A stretch of 63,813 nucleotides of DNA, the filler included, from Octopus bimaculoides (taxonomy: Eukaryota), in assembly GCF_001194135.2 (NCBI RefSeq). It is 7 parts of 7 records of this genome, joined end to end, with 100 filler letters (N's around TTAATTAATTAA, not from the genome) between each part and the next. Parts side by side here need not be neighbours in the genome. Positions count along the whole stretch, not along the records: positions 24,812 to 35,677 come from NC_068982.1; positions 35,778 to 53,026 come from NC_068985.1; 5 more parts are not named here. One strand, 5' to 3'. The position numbers and the translations under genes were made by a program. Each line of letters opens with the position of its first letter. Position 1 is the first letter of the stretch. Positions 26,229 to 50,548 of this stretch are shown in pieces. A model generated the notes under the pieces. It worked only from the letters and a program-made list of their open reading frames with translations. It ran no database searches and had not been told where the DNA came from.

Positions 26229-26940
26229 GGCCTGCGTAAGATCTCTCCTCTGACAGTCAAACCCCACTCCTTCGTCAAACCAATAGGAGAAGAGTGGGAA
26301 AAGGCGAGTATCCGTCGCCTTGAAATAACCAGTGCACCGGATAGGCTGTACTCGTTAGCCTTGGATGGCTGCCTTGGAGAAAGAACACTCTGAATTGAAA
26401 AGCAGAGGAGCAACGCCCCTGCCGCCTTAGCGGATTACCTTGGTAGACATGGTGTCTCGATAAAAGTATCGGTTGGTAGTAACCTACGAAAACAAACCAC
26501 ATTTGTGAGTGAAAATGTCAGGCAAAATAGGTGACCATAATGGTGTGAACGGAATTGGAACCAATGGTGAAGGTACCGCACCCCGTAGGTGCCCCACTGT
26601 GAAGCAGTGTGGGCCTGGTAGTAATCCAGTAACTGTTAACCATGTTACAAGACATAAGTGGAGTAAACAAGTAAACATGATGGTTATGGATTGTTACCAG
26701 CGGTGCACCTCAGTGGATGCGAATGGCGTGCCTGTCAGAGGATGCAGGAAACAAATGCAAAAAAGATTGGTGTAGGTGTGAAGGTAGAACACCTACAAAA
26801 ATTAGCATTGCTTGGAAATGGAAGAAGTTCTTCGCAGGTTTCTTGAAGCATGAACAATAAACAAGTGTCACCTTAGTCTGCTGGCTGTGGACAGATGACA
26901 CTTTCCATCATACTCAGCAAAATAAGCTGTGAGTTTTCAT
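26229..26940 (+). mobile_element. 5' end of an R4/Dong-like element (structured 5' UTR + N-terminal ORF), flanked by (AAT)n
   Basis: MSGKIG...RHKWSKQVNMMVMDCYQ...RGCRKQM is homologous to RHRWNKQVNAKVMDCYY...RG.QQRM at about 28800. Starts right after (AAT)n. Confidence 0.7.
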
Positions 26941-27169
26941 ATAATAATAATAATTAATAATAATAATAATAATAATAACAATAATAATAATAATAATAAT
27001 AATAATAACCCTCACATATTTATGATTATTTCAAGTACAAGACAAAAGTTGAAACTAAACAACATTTAATAATACCTTATAATAATAAATGGAAATAATA
27101 ATGATGATAATGATGATAATTTAGCCAAAACTCATGTCGGATCAGAAGAAATATTAGCGTTGACAAATC

Positions 27170-28562
27170 ATCATCATCATCATCATCGTTTAACGTCCGC
27201 TTTCCATGCTGGCATGGGTTGGACGATTTGACTGGGGACTGGCGAACCAAATGGCTACACCAGGCTCCAATCTGATCTAGCAGAGTTTCTACAGTTGGAT
27301 GCCCTTCCTAACACCAACCACTCTGAGAGTGTAGTGGGTGCTTTTACGTGCCACCGGCACGAGGGCCAGTCTGGCGGTACTGACAACGGCCACGCTCAAG
27401 TGGTGTTTTTTACATGCCACCTACACAGGAGTCAGTTGAATGTTTTGTTCACATGCCACCGGCACAAGTGCCAGTAAGGCAAAGCTGGAAGCGATTGCGC
27501 TCAAATGGTACTTTTTACCTGCCACCGGCACGGAAGCGAGACCGCTGCTCTGGCAGTGATCCCGCTTGGATGGTGCTGTTAGCGCTCCACTGGAACGGGT
27601 GCCAGTCATCAAATTTGGTTCGGTTTCAATCTCACTTGCCCCAACAGGTCTTCGCAAGCTGAGTTTAGTGTCCAATGAGGGAAGGTTGGCATGGGTGCCA
27701 GTCATCGAATTTTGTTCAATTTCGATTTTGATTGCACTTGCCTCAACAAGTCTTTGCAAGCAGAGTTTAGTGTCCAAAGAAGGAAAGGTACGCATAAGTG
27801 GGCTGGCTACACCCCTGGTAAAGGCCACGGGTTATGGTCTCACTTGGCTTGCCGGGTCTTCTCACGCACAACATATTTCCAAAGGTCTCAGTCACAAGTC
27901 ATTGCCTCTGTGAGGCCTAATGTTCGAAGGTCGTGCTCCACCACCTCATCCCAGGTCTTCCTGGGTCTACCTCTTCCACAGGTTCCCTCAACCGCATGGC
28001 TGTGGCATTTTTTTACACAGCTATCCTCCTCCATTCTCGCCAAATGACCATACAATCGTCTCTCTTGCACACCACAACTGATGCTTCTTAGGTCCAACTT
28101 TTCTCTCAAGGTACTTACACTCTGTCGAGTATGCACACTGACATTACTCATCCATCGGAGCATACTGGATTCGTTTCTTGCAAGCTTATGCATGTCCTCA
28201 GCAGCCACAGCCCATGTTTCACTGCCATGTAGCAAGGCTGTTTGCACACATGCGACATACAGTCTACCTTTTACTCTGAGCGAGAGGCCTTTTGTCACCA
28301 GCAGAGGTAAGAGCTCCCTGAACTTTGCCCAGGCTATTCTTATTCTAGCAGCTACACTTTCAGCGCACCCTTCCCCGCTACTGACTTGGTCACCTAGGTA
28401 ACGGAAGCTATCAACTACTTCTAGTTTTTCTCCCTGGAATGTGGTAGAAGTTGTTCTCTGCACATTCCCAGTGTTTATTGCTCCTGAGCATCTGCCACAT
28501 AGAAAAACTATCTTGCTAGTTAGCCTTCCTTTGATATTGCTGCACCTCTTATGTGTCCATAG
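27170..28562 (-). mobile_element. RTE-clade LINE, 5'-truncated third copy
   Basis: ORF 27888-28463: LEVVDSFRYLGDQV...RIRIAWAKFRELLPLL...GRGRPRKTWDEVV. 3' UTR and (GAT)n tail match copies 1 and 2. Confidence 0.93.
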
Positions 28563-28658
28563 CTTACATCTTATGTGTCCATAGTGGTAACAAGATAAAA
28601 ATAATAATAGTGATAATAATAATAATGAAAGGAAGCGGTTGAAATCTTCCTACCTCAT

Positions 28659-29745
28659 ATGAGTGACAGTGAAAAGACAAAATATTGTGAATAACGGTGC
28701 TAATGAAACTGAAGACCTTGATGGTGACAGTGTTACATTCGGCAGGCTGAGAGATACTGGTCCGACTCCAGCCTGTCATTATCCAGCAAGGGACCAGCAC
28801 ACACGGCATAGATGGAACAAACAAGTCAATGCTAAGGTCATGGATTGTTACTACCTGAGCAACCCCGTAGACGAAAATAGTGTTCATACTAGGGGATAAC
28901 AACAACGTATGTATAATCTATGGAGAGAAAGAAGGGTGTTTCAAGTCACGGAACAGAGATTATGTGATCAAGCTAGAACAATAACAAAAAATCGTTGGTT
29001 CACAGAAGTAGAGCTCGAAGCTATCAAAAGACGGGCCATGGAAAACAGTAGCAGAAGAAACGATGAAAATACAGTTGCAACTGTTAAAAGTAATCTCATA
29101 GCAGAAAACAGAGGTGAGATCCCTAACAAACCACAGGAAAAGAACAGTGATATCATGCTCGATGAGAGACATATAGATGGTTTGGAAGAAGACAATAAAA
29201 CTGATGGTAACAGGACAGATGGGCAAAAGGCAATCAACGACAGAATAAAGGCAAGATTACAGGAGCTCGGTAACCACATTATTTACAACCTTAAAAAGGT
29301 TGATTGGCGAAAATTGAACCAACAACAACAACAACAATAATAATAATAATAAACCAGACATAATCTTAATTGAGAAAGAAAGCAAACTATGCTGGATCAT
29401 AGACATAGCCTGCCCAGCTGAGAACAAGGAATGCGATGAGGAAGAGAGAAAAGTCGGGAGATATGACAGGTTAGCTTGGGAGGTTAAGCAGTTGTGGTCG
29501 ATGAAAAAGGTGGTAGTAGTACCAATAATTGTCGGAGCCCTGGGAACAGTGAGCAAAAATCTTGAGAAGTACGTGGAACAAATAGGGGCTGTAGAAAACA
29601 GCACTGCTTGGAACCGCTCGAATACTCCGGATGGTGCTCGAAAAATAAGGGGGTGTTACCTTAGTTCACTGGTAGTGAACAGCTGACACCGTAGTACATC
29701 TCCAGCGTTAGAAAGTATGCAAAGACAACAAGTAATAATAATAAG
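28659..29745 (+). mobile_element. R4/Dong-like element without RT: N-terminal domain joined to the RLE endonuclease through an (AAC)n(AAT)n tract
   Basis: N-terminal RWNKQVNAKVMDCYY...VTEQRLCDQARTITKNRWFTEVELE. From 29348: NKPDIILIEKESKLCWIIDIACPAENKECDEEERKVGRYDRLAWEVKQLWSMKKVVVVPIIVGALGTV...KTALLGTARILRMVLEK*. (TAA)n tail at about 29735. Confidence 0.88.
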
Positions 29746-30291
29746 ATACTTTTGTTGCATTGACAACGGAATGTTTTGTTTTTTTTTACTGCTGTTGTTG
29801 TGACTTCCATTATTGATTCTTCTATCATGACTGATTACTGAGATGATGATGACTTTGTTTCTGTTATATTACAATCTGTTGCTGTAGTTATTGTGGCGGT
29901 GTTGGTGGTAATGAAACCTCTCCCTCTGGTGGGAGTACTGAGAATGTTGGACCTAAAATTTGCCCCTGCAAAAATTACTTGCTCTAAATTCAATAATTTA
30001 TCCACGCAGCACTTGTTAGCAACTCTGGTAACACTCGCCTTGATTTGTCTTTCATGTCGTAGCACTTTTGCATTCCACCAATATTGCCAAGAAATATTGC
30101 AAAGTTATCACATTGGCAACACTAATTCGTTAACAACATTGGCATAATAAAATAAAGGCAAATTTTAGACATTTTAATATAAGATTAATTTGAAAGTAAA
30201 AGAATGGGAAGTTTTCAAGACAACGAAAAACATTCTAAAACGCTGATATAGTTGTGTAATGTATTAATTTCGAACCTTTTATTATTTTCAG

Positions 30292-30346
30292 ATGTTGCTT
30301 TCTTTATTTATCGGTTTATCTGCTGTAATGGCAACCCAAGCAGTCG
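30292..30346 (+). CDS. GH18 chitinase, first coding exon (signal peptide MLLSLFIGLSAVMATQAV-), phase 1 end
   Basis: Acceptor ttattttcag directly before ATG at 30292; hydrophobic signal-like peptide; donor G|gtaagt at 30347. The leftover G joins AT of the next exon to give Asp in frame. The upstream acceptor implies a 5' UTR exon that was not located. Confidence 0.8.
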
Positions 30347-31753
30347 GTAAGTAATTCCATCCCATTCGTTGCTTTCTTCGCTGTTAAAGATATTATTCTC
30401 ATGGAATTTAATTTTAACTACAGAATCCACTAAGTAAGTCACATGTTCCAAGCACACTTGAATACCACAAGCTCTGCAACGTGAATAACGATGCTAATTA
30501 CTCTTGCCGAGGCAACATCGTTCCTGATATTGTGTACTATAATAGGAAAAAGCATACACTTGCGCAGGGTCTGCTGCACTCATCCACTTGCAACTACCAA
30601 CACCAACACATCTTCTCAGCGAGGGCTGTACCTTTCCGTAGATGAACACTTTCCATAGGAGAACACTCCCCGTGCCTAATGGTATCCTAAAAAAAGGACA
30701 GAAGATTCACAGCGTATGTTCTCAGGGGAAAACTCAGAGAGCAGTGTCCAGTTTTCTGTCACCTTTTTTTCTGGAGGCTTTAGAACCAGAAAAACGTCGT
30801 GTATTTGTGTGTGTACACACACACACACACACACACCACTTAATGTACACAATATAAGGATATTACCTGCCAATAGTTTCTTGCAGCGGAAACACGTGTC
30901 TAAACAGGTTTTTATAACACATCTTGTGTTTCCAAGCAATCTCCGGGCTCTGTTTGTAAATCAGGACATTCATATTTTGCATCAACCTTCTCGTTTTTTT
31001 TCTCTCGTGATTTATGTGCCAGAGTCCCTAATTTCAAACAGACCATCAGACCATGTACTCAGAACCTGAAGTGTTTTCACAGCAAGAGACTATTAGTAAT
31101 TTGTATCTTTATACTGCGTGCATTAAACGACGTTTATCTCTGGAGGACTTGTTTTACTTATCTTACCTTAACAAAACAGTAAACTATATNNNNNNNNNNN
31201 NNNNNNNNNNNNNNNNNNNNNNNNNNNNNNNNNNNNNNNNNNNNNTATGAGAACGATTCCGAAATATTATTATTTTGCTGATGTTTATTAAATCTCTTTT
31301 GGAGCCTCAAGGGTGTTTATCTGGGGAATGCATTTTCTGAATTTGAACCGAATTTGTCCGCAGATGTGCTGTACTTACGTGTACGTGTGGTGGCATTCAC
31401 CTGGGTTGGATTGAGCAGAGGATTCGCTGACCAAATCATCGGCGAGCCTGGGATTGAAGTGAGTGGTACACATACCAATTAACCCACGGCTGGACCCTAA
31501 TAGGTGCTACTACTCCGGGTCAGAACAGACTTGGAAAAATAGTGACTAAGAGGTGTTCCCATGCTCTTCAAAACCCAGAGGCGGTTTCAGCTGGGTTGGT
31601 ATCAAAAGGGTTAAATTTTGAAGGAGGCGAAGTTAGTTACATCAACCCGACTCCAATATTTAACAGGTAATTCTTTTATTGCTCTTTCGTAAGAAACCAT
31701 TGTCGTTGTTGTTATTGTTGATTTGACATTTGGAACTTTGCTTTCTCTTTCAG

Positions 31754-31949
31754 ATATTCCAAGCAACGCTCGTGTCTGGTGCTACTATACCAGCTGGTCT
31801 CAATACCGACCCACTGGAATGAAATATACAGTTCAGAATATGGACGCCTCTTTGTGCACACATATAGCGTTTGCTTTTGCTGTTATGAAAGATAACAGTA
31901 TAATTCATTTCGAATATAATGATATCAACGGAACCTGGACAAAAGGAAT
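31754..31949 (+). CDS. GH18 chitinase (chitotriosidase/AMCase-like), exon encoding the N-terminus of the catalytic TIM barrel
   Basis: ctttctctttcag acceptor and AT|gtaagt donor. Translation DIPSNARVWCYYTSWSQYRPTGMKYTVQNMDASLCTHIAFAFAVMKDNSIIHFEYNDINGTWTKGM matches the GH18 pattern CYYTxWSQYR...DxxLCTHxxxAFA...EWND...KGM. Confidence 0.93.
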
Positions 31950-32367
31950 GTAAGTCTAGATTAATCACAGCAGCGTCTGTCTCACTTCCCCTTCTTCTCT
32001 TTCTTCCTTTCCCTTTCTCACTTACACACACGCATGCATACGCACACATAGAAGTGTCTTCGAACATTTGAAGGGAAGAAGTAGTCAAGACATATAACTG
32101 TTTATTCGTTTATTCAAAGTTGAGATTTTCCTCCGTCGTTACTTAGAAAAAATAATGTAGCGAGAAGGATAGTCCCGGTTTCGAATTAATAATTGTGTGC
32201 ACGATCGCGCATGCATGTGTATGCGACACTCACTATTGCTCGGCGGTGGGGGGAAAACACACAGATGCACACATACGCACATAAACTATATTTTATAACG
32301 AACAGGTCGTGTAGAATCAAGTGTTCTTGTGAAGACTATTTGGAAACAACGTGGTACTATTTGTTCT

Positions 32368-32580
32368 GCGAGCTGGCAGAATCGTTACCGTGCCCGGCAA
32401 AATGCTTAACAACATTTCTTCCGACCTTACATTCTGAGTTCGAATTCCGCCGGGATCGACTTTGCCTTTCATCCTTTCGCGGTCAATAAAATAAGTACCA
32501 GTTGAACACTGGGGTCGATATAATCGATTTATCTCCTCCCCAAAAATTGTTGGCATTGTGGCAAAATTTGAAACCATTAT
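32368..32580 (+). mobile_element. SINE family B
   Basis: gcgagctggcagaatcgtt...ttctgagttcgaattccgcc...gggtcgat..aatcgatt. Confidence 0.88.
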
Positions 32581-32659
32581 TGTCTTGCGTTATTTTTATT
32601 GTCATTACGTTCTGAGTTCAAATCGTGTCGAAGTCAACTTTGCTGTTTATTTCTCAAGG

Positions 32660-33175
32660 ATCTATAAAATATACTATCCGATTTCTAACATAGATTCAAA
32701 GCGCTCCTTCATTGGAATTTCAACATCAACAGGGTTTGTTTGTTTGTTTGTTTGTATGTATGTATGCATGCATGTATGTATGTATGTATGCATGCATGTA
32801 TGTATGTATGTATGTATGTATATGTGCATATTTGTATGTTTTGTTTGATGTATGTCTTCTCGCGCATATAGTTGCATATCTAGACACACTCATATACATT
32901 CAAATGATAAACTTCTGGAAAATTTTACAGATTTTTACAGTTCCAGTGATGGATTGGATCTGTAGTCTTCGAATCAGCTTTCTCCTTTCTGGTTTTGAGA
33001 AGCCTAATTTCTCAAGGTTAGTATTTAGGCAGTGTGTTACATATATCCCAAGGCCCCAATAATTACAGGTATAAACCTGAACTTGTAATCTGGATAGAGT
33101 AACTGCAGATTTCTCAATCGTTCAGCGTAGGTATTCTCTTTTTCACTGATTTTCAGTGAATGAACTTGTGTGTAT
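32660..33175 (-). mobile_element. 5'-truncated R4/Dong-like RLE 3' end, subfamily 1
   Basis: KISEKENTYAERLRNLQLLYPDYKFRFIPVIIGALGY/VTHCLNTNLEKLGFSKPERRKLIRRLQIQSITGTVKICKIFQKFII*, stop at 32900-32902. Confidence 0.88.
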
Positions 33176-33194
33176 GTCTGTCTCTTCTATTTTT

Positions 33195-34355
33195 TAATCA
33201 TTATAAATTCTCCACTGAGGAGGGAGCCGGTTTCCAACAAAGATACAAGGCTCCATCTTTGGGATGTAGTTAACACAGACAAATTCACATTTGGAACTTG
33301 AGAAAAGTCTTGCATATTTTTACTGTTCCACTGTCGGATTGCACTTGTAATGTACGAAACAAGCGGCCAGTTTCTCTTTCTGAAAATCCCAGCTTATTCA
33401 GATTCTCCTTTAAGCATTTACTAACAAAACTTAATGCTCCAATTATTATTGGTATGAATATGAATTCATAGTCTGAATATAGGAGCTGGGAGTTTCGAAG
33501 CAGTTATCCATAGAATGTCGGTAGAATGTTAGCTTCTTGTACCAATATCCAACGATCAAGTCTCTTCCAGGTACTTTTCCATTCTGGAGTCTCTGGATCA
33601 CAGTTGCAAGAGTTTCACGTTCAATGTTGTATATCTTGGATGTAACACAGGAACAATAACTTTTTAGGATTTCTTCCAGCCACAGAGCATCTTGGTTAAA
33701 TTCTCTTCACTCCAGATTTTCCTCCAGAAGGAGTCTATGTCTTCTCGTGAAGGAGTTTCTGTGATGTTTACTGCTCCTCCTCTCATGTCTCTGTATACTT
33801 CTGTCTAGATGCCGTTAAATGTTTTTTTTTTTTTTTGTTCTTCTCTCGGTTCTTCCCTTCTGATGTCGGAGTTTCTCACTGACAGCTTTTAGCTTCTGCT
33901 TGAGAGTAATCAGTTTGCAAGTGCGTGTCCCCTTTTTGCTGTCTCCAAACACCATTTCTCTCTCCTTCTTTACTTTCTGCTGATGGGACATATAGTGATT
34001 TGCTTGTTTGCATGCAATAAGCATCCATTACATGACCGATGGTCATCCGTAAACCAGTTATCTTTTTCTCTGTCTTCAAAACCCATGATGGTACTTTTTT
34101 TGTTATTTTACGTAATTTTACAGTAGTAGCCAGAGCATAAAGACAGGCGTTAATCTACCTGTATGTAGGTTCATCACACTGTTGTGAATATTCATCACCA
34201 ATTTCGTTAACAGCTTTTAATACCGTATCTGGTGGGTTCTTTTTTTTACTTACTTTGGTAGAGAATATTCTCTCCTCGAGAGAGTCCTTCAAAGCTAAAA
34301 TTATTTTATCTCGGAAAATTTCAGTAAGGGCACATTTCACCGGCATATGATCCTG

Positions 34356-34410
<55 letters not shown>

Positions 34411-35040
34411 TATAATAATTGCTGTTGTGTCTGCTATTTACCATAGTCGTAGTATGGGGACAGTGGTCAGTTACTTGAGCCAGTAATGTAGTTTGGCTGG
34501 CAGGCACTATGGAATCTGTCAGAATATCACTAGATGCAAAACCACATGTTTTCGTTTTCGTTATACAGTTGGGAAGAAGGTTAATTTTCAAGTTTTTTAT
34601 AAAGTTACAGTTACTAACCTTCTTTCAATGAGTTGTTATAGTCGACCCCAATAGTCAATGCCTCTCGTGCAGTCTATGTTTCTTGTTATTGACCTCTGGA
34701 GTGCTTCCACTTTCATAATGAGTTGCTTCGTATGGGCGGACCACATTTGTATGTGTGTGTGGCTGTGTATGTATTTATGTTTGAGCGTGAGTGGATGCGT
34801 CTCATATTTAGTAGATCGGTGGCATTCTCAGCTATGATTTCTTTCTGCTAAACAAAGCCTGGCCTATTAATGTCTGACGTAGATCACTCAACGATGTCCC
34901 ACATGATGGTGTTTGGGTTATTTTTGGTCTTCAGGCCCCTGATGTGGATTGTTAGTTTAATGGTTTTCTTCTTGTCAGTGTGCCGAACAGAAGACCGGTG
35001 GTTGACTGATGGTTACCGATCCCTAGTCTGCTTTCGTACT
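33195..35040 (-). mobile_element. R4/Dong-like element, subfamily 2, with the RT deleted (pre-RT region fused to the RLE tail)
   Basis: Pre-RT FWRKIWSEE...VPGRDLIVGYWYKKLTFY runs at about 33505 directly into LLRNSQLLYSDYEFIFIPIIIGALSFVSKCLKENLNKLGFSE...GTVKICKTFLKFQM* (stop at 33285-33287). Extension beyond 34350 is less certain. Confidence 0.78.
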
Positions 35041-35625
35041 TAGAATCAGTTGTCATACGAATGGTAAATTTAAATAAATTTATCTCTAATAGATAATGCT
35101 TTTGAGTCCATTCTATTGTCCATTCATGCACATCTCTTATGAGTAATGTAAATTTCCTGTCTCCAATTTCGTTGCACAGTCAGAGCGTTAAATAGATAGA
35201 CCATAGCAGAATGATTTTATAAATAAACAAATACGAAGGGATCATATTAGCAGACGACAGGTAATTGCTCTACAGCGCATGCATTATGAAATTAATGTTA
35301 AGAGATTAATTAGTTCGATAGAAAAACTTCGCTTTTTCTGCCCTCATCTCATAACGACCACTGTCATCAGCTTTATTAGTCAACATCCCTATCGGTGACA
35401 CCACTACCACGTTAACTCCGCCTACAGTTCTCAGTATGTGTCACACATCTGTGTATGTGTCACACATCTGTGTATGTGCGATTATATGTCTGTAAGTCGA
35501 TTCACTTTCTGCTTCTCTCTGCCACCAGGTTCCTTCCAGTAAACACTGTTCTTTCGTCCCTTTTCTATCTCTTTGCCTCTACCATCAAATAACTATTTCC
35601 CAGCGTAACATACATAAGTAGAATA

Positions 35626-47520
<11,895 letters not shown>

Positions 47521-47771
47521 CACCCACACTAACATTTTCTTGTGGCCCACACTTTATGTTAAAAAGCACACAAAAAATGGGAAAAAATGACCACGACCGC
47601 TACTAACTTCGCTAACACCAACACCAACACCCACGTCAGACAATCTCTTGATGCCAGAAGTCATCTCACCCTACACTCACATTCATACCCAGCGTTGATG
47701 ATGGCATTGAACAAGATGCTGTGATGTGTCTTAACAGAATATTTATACTTGTGGTAAAAAGTATTTTAGGC

Positions 47772-47822
<51 letters not shown>

Positions 47823-47912
47823 CACACACATACATATATACGTATATATATATTTACATATATATATAAACATATACGTACGTACATATGCATGTATGTA
47901 TGTGTGTATGTA

Positions 47913-48215
47913 TGGCTGTGTCGTAAGAAGCATGCTTCCCAATTACATGGTTCTTGGTTCAGTTTCACACGTGGCACCTTGGGCCAGTATCTTGACTATA
48001 GCCTCGGGCTGATGAAAGCCTTGAGAGGATTTCGTAGACATCTGGTGTCGGTGTGTTTACGTACCCGTAAAATAGCGGTTCGACAAAACAAACCGAGAAA
48101 ATAAGTACCAGGTTTAAAAAAAAATAAGTACCGGGGTCGATTCAGTCGACAAAATATTCTTCAAAGCACTGCTCCAGCATGGCTGGAGTCTTATGACTGA
48201 AACATGTAAATGATA
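47913..48215 (+). mobile_element. Diverged SINE family A
   Basis: tggctgtgtcgtaagaagcatgcttccc...gtggcaccttggg...ctccagcatggc...gactgaaaca. Confidence 0.8.
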
Positions 48216-48870
48216 TAACAGATAACAGTTTATGTGTGAGTAAGCTAATGGTCATATCTGAAATACTTTTGATTGTAAACTTACGTAGGCTTTATGACCA
48301 CTGCAGTCCTAATTTTTTTTTGAAACACATGTCATTCACAGACCCTCTTTCTCACACTCTCTCTCTCTCTCTCACTCTCACTCTCCCTCTCTCGCTCTCT
48401 CCCCCGTTCTCACTGTCAATCTCTTGCTCTCCCCCCTCTCTCACTCTCTGTTTCTCTCTCTTTGTCTTTCTGTTATGACATTCAAGCTGCCGCCATTACC
48501 ACAAAATATTACCACAATTTAATGGCCGCCACTACAGAAGAAACCAGCATAATCGCTTCATTTATCTAAATCTAATCCATCAACGGAGGAATACCTACCT
48601 GATAAAAATTATCAACCAAATTCATAAATCGAAACCTTGTCGTTTTCAAGAAGGAAGGAAACATCAGAAAATATAGTGTCGTATATACAAAATGACCGAA
48701 CTGGTTATGGATAGAATGATTCTCAACGTATATCTGTTGGATCATGGCTGATGCAAGTTAAACTACAATTTCTACAAAATAAATTAACACCGCCAGCAAT
48801 ATTTGTACTTCAGCGTCGTCTCTTGGCCTGTTAGAAATAGCGACCAAATGGTATTCACATATCTCACCAC

Positions 48871-49264
48871 CACGTGTCATAGAATCACGTGGTTCCAGGT
48901 TTCTAGCACGTGGGAGAAAGACAAGACAGTCGGAGGTGTTTGTCTTTGACATTAGATTTGCTTGATTACGGTTGACTTGGCTCTAAACAATAGCAAAACA
49001 CCCACAATATCAACCATTGAAATTCATGATTATACGTGGTTGGTTGACGTCAGAAAAATAACAGCCAACTTACACATCATATTATATCATCTTATCATAA
49101 ACTATGGAAGAGTACATTGTTTAATGTAGTGTTAGCTACACTATGTCTGAACAAAATATAAGATGATCATACTTCAAAAACTTTCGATCATAAATCTGCT
49201 TGAACAGACCCAACATTCGCTATAGAAACCAACAAATCAAACCCAATGAGAATAAGTCTACGTG
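48871..49264. promoter_or_regulatory. Candidate enhancer: clustered E-box/HRE and CRE motifs
   Basis: CACGTG at 48871, 48886 and 48907; TACGTG at 49033 and 49259; TGACGTCA at 49045. Motifs only, no functional data. Confidence 0.35.
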
Positions 49265-49399
49265 GTTGTTCAATTTATAAGAAATAACAGACAAATCTCC
49301 ATCAAATCCCTTATGTTTTTGAATGCTATGAATATTTTGGATACTCTAGTTCTAGATATACAAGAAGCCGAGACGATCATGGATGAATCATAATAGACC

Positions 49400-50499
49400 T
49401 AGTGTTCAACTATGACATCAATAGAAATAACATCACAGCAACACCAACAAGAACAACAACGATATGTACATTACTACAGCTTTAACAACAATACTAATGG
49501 CAAAGACACCACCCGAGAAGTACCCCTAATATCGTGCACAGCAGTTACAAGAATATTGGCTTTAAGACATAAGGTAATAATAAAGCCAGAGACAAGATGA
49601 CTACTACCACAAAAACATCATAATACTCTTAGGGAATGAATAGGACTAACACCAGGATATGTCTTAACATCACTGGAAATATAAGTCTAAACAGGGAGAC
49701 CCATCTTAATATTACCAGCAATACTATTAGTACCATCCCTTCACATAGTTATTCCTTAATATTGTATTAACATCCTCACAAAACTAACTTTATCTATTCT
49801 GCTATTTAAATACACAACCACTACATAAATAACAGACAATAATTAGCTCTAACACAGGTCGTATTATCAATAACAGGTCGTATTATCAATAACAATATAT
49901 GACACACCACAACACAACCTCTATGATCACTCAAAAACTGCAACACAATCATCAACAGAGCTACTAAGGCACAATTCAACATTATCAGTAATACCACCCA
50001 TACGACCACTAAGACGCATCATAATGTTATAACAAAATCTATTGAAGTTACTAACAAAATTATCGACACTACCATTAAGGAATATCAGAAAATCAACAAC
50101 ATTACTACTACCAAACTGTGTCACAACAATGCAAACATAAAAAGAAGCACTAAGACACATGAAAATATAATTAATTGCAATGTACTCCACGAGTGTAACC
50201 ATTAGGACGCATCAGAAAACGTATATACACACAGAGCACCAGTAAGACATAACATTTTCAGTGATATGATGTATCTTAGTGGTAGCAGTAGGAATGAACA
50301 TATCACAGCAATAACAATAGCACCTAGCACTAACTCAAGGAGCACCTTAACTGGCCGTGACTAGTGTAGTAGTAAGACCGAATTCAACACTGCAGTTAAG
50401 GCACACCGCTGCAACATAAGCATCAAACTACATATAAGACATATCACAAGACTCCAGCAATGCTGCAGAGTATAAAACTAAGATGTATATTATCAGTAC

Positions 50500-50548
<49 letters not shown>

